DNA of 64,000 nucleotides from an uncultured cyanobacterium (GTDB lineage Bacteria; Cyanobacteriota; Cyanobacteriia; Cyanobacteriales; CAWCAG01): NCBI GenBank assembly GCA_963803805.1, contig CAWDOD010000003.1, positions 192,001 to 256,000 of the forward strand, read 5' to 3'. Shown piece by piece: positions 61,179 to 64,000 of this stretch (position 1 is its first letter; each line of letters starts with the position of its first letter). The notes under the pieces were generated by a model. It saw only the letters and a program-made list of their open reading frames with translations, ran no database searches and was not told where the DNA came from. The position numbers and the translations under genes were made by a program.

Positions 61179-63215
61179 ATGAACCAAAAAGTCCTTGAAA
61201 ACACCCGTAATGTTGCCATCGTTGGCCCTTATTCTAGCGGGAAAACAACTTTACTCGAAAGTTTACTCTTCATCACCGAAGCAATTCCCCGTAAAGGTTC
61301 AATCAAAGAAGGTAACACCGTAGGAGATGGTGCAACGGAAGCCAGGGAACATCACATGAGTGTTGAAGTTTCCGCCGCCAGTACAGATTATCAAGATATT
61401 AACTTCACCTTTCTAGACTGTCCCGGTTCCATTGAATTTGTTCAGGAAACCTACAATGCTTTAGTAGGGGCAGGGGCGGCAATTGTCGTTTGTGAACCAA
61501 TTATAGATAAGGTTCTAACCCTTGCTCCTTTGTTCAAATTCCTTGATGATTGGGAAATTCCCCACCTCGTCTTCATCAACAAAATGGATCGTGCCAATGA
61601 CCATTTTATGGAAGTTCTCCACGCCCTCCAAAAAGTTTCTAGTCGCCCCTTAGTACCCCAACAATACCCCATTCGCCAAAATCGGCAACTCCTGGGCTAC
61701 ATTGACTTAGTAACCGAACAAGCTTATCATTACCACCAAGGAGACTCTCCCGATCCGGTTCCCCTTCCCGAAGCCCTCAAAGAGGAAGAAAAAGCGGCTA
61801 GGGAAGAAATGTTGGAAACTTTAGCTGACTTTGATGACCATCTTTTAGAAGAACTCCTCGAAGATATTGACCCACCCCAAGAAGAAATTCTCCGTGACCT
61901 CAAACAAGATTTAAGTGCAGACTTAATTGTTCCTGTCTTCTTTGGCATTGCCGAAACCGATTTTGGTTTGCGCCCTTTACTGGACGCTTTGGTTAAAGAA
62001 GCACCTGCGCCGAATATAACTGCCCAACGTCGCGGCTTCACCCCCACCAATGACGGTAAACCGAAACTACAAGTACTCAAAACCTACTATACTCCCCAAG
62101 GTGGTAAACTTTCCTTAGTACGTATTTGGCAAGGTCAGTTAACCGAAGGTGCAATCCTTAATGGTGTCAGGGCTGGGGGAATGTATCGCTTAACGGGACA
62201 GCAACAGACATCTTTAACCCAAGCTTCTGTGGGGGAAATTATGGCCATTTCCCGTTTAGAAGGTATCAACACTGGGGACACCCTCACCACCGATGAAGTC
62301 TTGCAACCAGAGGATGAACTACCCAAAGCAGACGCCATTGCCCCAGTATATGCCCTTGCCGTTACCCCAGAAAAACGCAAGGATGAAGTTAAACTCAGCA
62401 GTGCCATTAGCAAACTCCTAGAAGAAGATCCTTCCTTAACCTGGGAACAGCAAGCCGATACTCACGAAGTTATTCTTTGGGGTCAAGGGGAAATTCATCT
62501 GCGGGTTTCTTTAGATCGTTTGCGGCGCAAGTATAACCTGCCCATGAACACCCAATCCCCCCAAATCCCTTACAAAGAAACCATCCGTCAAGCCACCACT
62601 TCCCACGGCCGCTATAAACATCAAAGCGGTGGTCACGGGGCTTTCGGGGATGTATATTTAGATATTCGTCCTTTAGGTAGGGGAGAAGGGTTCAATTTTC
62701 AAGAAACTATTGTTGGCGGGGCTGTACCAAAACAATATATTTCTGGGGTTGAAACCGGGGTTAAGGAATATCTCAACCATGGCCCCTTGGGTTTCCCGGT
62801 GGTAGATGTTAGTGTCACCTTAACCGACGGTTCCCACCACTCTGTTGATAGTTCTGAACAAGCTTTTAAACAAGCCGCCCGCATTGCCATGACAGAAGGA
62901 ATGCCTAGTTGTAAGCCGATTTTACTTGAACCTATCCTTGCCATTGTAGTCTCTGCCCCCTCTGAGTTCACCTCCAAAGCCTTGCAACTAGTCACAGGCC
63001 GCCGGGGACAAATTCTCGGTTACGAACCCTTAAGAAACTGGCAAGGATGGGACCAGATATCAGCCCATTTACCCCAAGCAGAAATGCAAAATTTTATTAT
63101 TGAATTGCGATCGCTAACTATGGGAGTTGGCTTCTTTAATTGGCAGTATGACCACCTCCAAGAAGTACCGGGTAAGTTAACGGAAAGTGTTTTGAGTAAG
63201 GGTGTGGGGGTGTAA
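61179..63215 (+). CDS. Elongation factor G-like GTPase (EF-G2 type paralog)
   Basis: RNVAIVGPYSSGKTTL, DCPG, NKMD, GQGEIHL, HQSGGHG, HSVDSS. Confidence 0.92.
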   Translation: MNQKVLENTRNVAIVGPYSSGKTTLLESLLFITEAIPRKGSIKEGNTVGDGATEAREHHMSVEVSAASTDYQDINFTFLDCPGSIEFVQETYNALVGAGAAIVVCEPIIDKVLTLAPLFKFLDDWEIPHLVFINKMDRANDHFMEVLHALQKVSSRPLVPQQYPIRQNRQLLGYIDLVTEQAYHYHQGDSPDPVPLPEALKEEEKAAREEMLETLADFDDHLLEELLEDIDPPQEEILRDLKQDLSADLIVPVFFGIAETDFGLRPLLDALVKEAPAPNITAQRRGFTPTNDGKPKLQVLKTYYTPQGGKLSLVRIWQGQLTEGAILNGVRAGGMYRLTGQQQTSLTQASVGEIMAISRLEGINTGDTLTTDEVLQPEDELPKADAIAPVYALAVTPEKRKDEVKLSSAISKLLEEDPSLTWEQQADTHEVILWGQGEIHLRVSLDRLRRKYNLPMNTQSPQIPYKETIRQATTSHGRYKHQSGGHGAFGDVYLDIRPLGRGEGFNFQETIVGGAVPKQYISGVETGVKEYLNHGPLGFPVVDVSVTLTDGSHHSVDSSEQAFKQAARIAMTEGMPSCKPILLEPILAIVVSAPSEFTSKALQLVTGRRGQILGYEPLRNWQGWDQISAHLPQAEMQNFIIELRSLTMGVGFFNWQYDHLQEVPGKLTESVLSKGVGV

Positions 63216-63282
63216 GGTAAGTAATAAGTAATAAGTAATAAGTTTTGAATTTGCTTTTACCTATTACCTATTACCTAAACCT

Positions 63283-64000
63283 CTAATTACTAGCAACCAA
63301 CTCTTTAGTTTTAGCTAATTGTTCCCGGAAGAACTCTTCTAGAGGATCTATATGCACATCCTCAAACCACTCACTCGCTATATCTTCAATAACGTGGTGT
63401 TCTGCCACCAGTTCATCGCCGCAATAGCGTCTGACAATGGGATGAATGCCAGAACTGAGGGCAGCTTGATTAGCATCATCTTTGTGGATACGATCAACAG
63501 CAAAGGGATCAGGACTTTCGTTGATGATATCCAAACCAAACTCTAGGGTAATCACATAATAGTGGTCATGCTTACCTAAATGACTATCATGAACATAATC
63601 AATAGGTAAGTCTTCATGATATTGTGCCTCTTGCCCTTCCCCAGGTACAATCACTGTGTCACAGAGAAACCCAGTTTGTTGCCACAGTGCCGAAGTTATG
63701 TTCACTCTGTCGAGAATTGCTTTGGTTAAGCTTTCTGGGGTGGTAGCTACGGGTTGGTAAGGTAAGGGCTGATTGTAATACTTACTTTCTAGAATCTTGT
63801 GCAGGGCTTTAATGTTGTAGCGGAAGCCATGAATAAAGCCGGATTGCTTCTTCTTGTAATCCCGCATATGCATCAGCACCCCAATGAAGTACAAATCCTT
63901 AACATTGGTGGATTCCCAATCACTAGTTTGAGCTGGGAAACGGTCATTATAAGCTAGTTCAGGCTTGCAAGACTCTTCAAAAAGGGAATCATCAAAGCTA
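63283..64000 (-). CDS. FAD/NAD(P)-dependent oxidoreductase (FOXRED2-like), 5'-partial
   Basis: Frame open to the window end (SFDDSLF...RFPAQTSDWESTNVKDLYFIG); SGFIHGFRYN motif. Confidence 0.75.
   Translation of the reverse strand, partial: SFDDSLFEESCKPELAYNDRFPAQTSDWESTNVKDLYFIGVLMHMRDYKKKQSGFIHGFRYNIKALHKILESKYYNQPLPYQPVATTPESLTKAILDRVNITSALWQQTGFLCDTVIVPGEGQEAQYHEDLPIDYVHDSHLGKHDHYYVITLEFGLDIINESPDPFAVDRIHKDDANQAALSSGIHPIVRRYCGDELVAEHHVIEDIASEWFEDVHIDPLEEFFREQLAKTKELVASN

Overview
Chromosomal segment of a cyanobacterium (psaC, a CruA-like cyclase, csaB, NtcA boxes, many HIP1 GCGATCGC octamers, heptamer tandem repeats). Most of it is housekeeping or signalling: ahcY, an M16 peptidase pair, glycosyltransferases, ygfZ, queE, mog, cysS, trmB and an EF-G-like GTPase. 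Several accessory regions stand out. (1) 2.9-12.3 kb: a heavily recombined array of DUF4157 (eCIS-core, HExxH) cassettes. They carry interchangeable C-terminal domains, and each is followed by a small membrane-anchored partner gene, which is the layout of a polymorphic toxin-immunity locus. One C-terminal domain is a clear serum amyloid A (SAA) homolog. The array abuts a 5'-truncated eCIS-type AAA+ ATPase. (2) 28.9-32.2 kb: a small helical protein and a TPR protein share a roughly 21-aa pseudo-repeat, suggesting amyloid-type signalling without a NOD domain. (3) An ETR1-like ethylene-binding plus LOV hybrid kinase lies upstream of a REC-adenylate cyclase. (4) A DUF4278 small gene missed by the ORF track has a glutamine riboswitch and an NtcA box. 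(5) An 8-copy 53-bp REP-derived tandem array. There are also two STAND/NLR-like genes, an IS4 element and two MITEs. All family assignments come from motif recognition by eye; no database searches were run.
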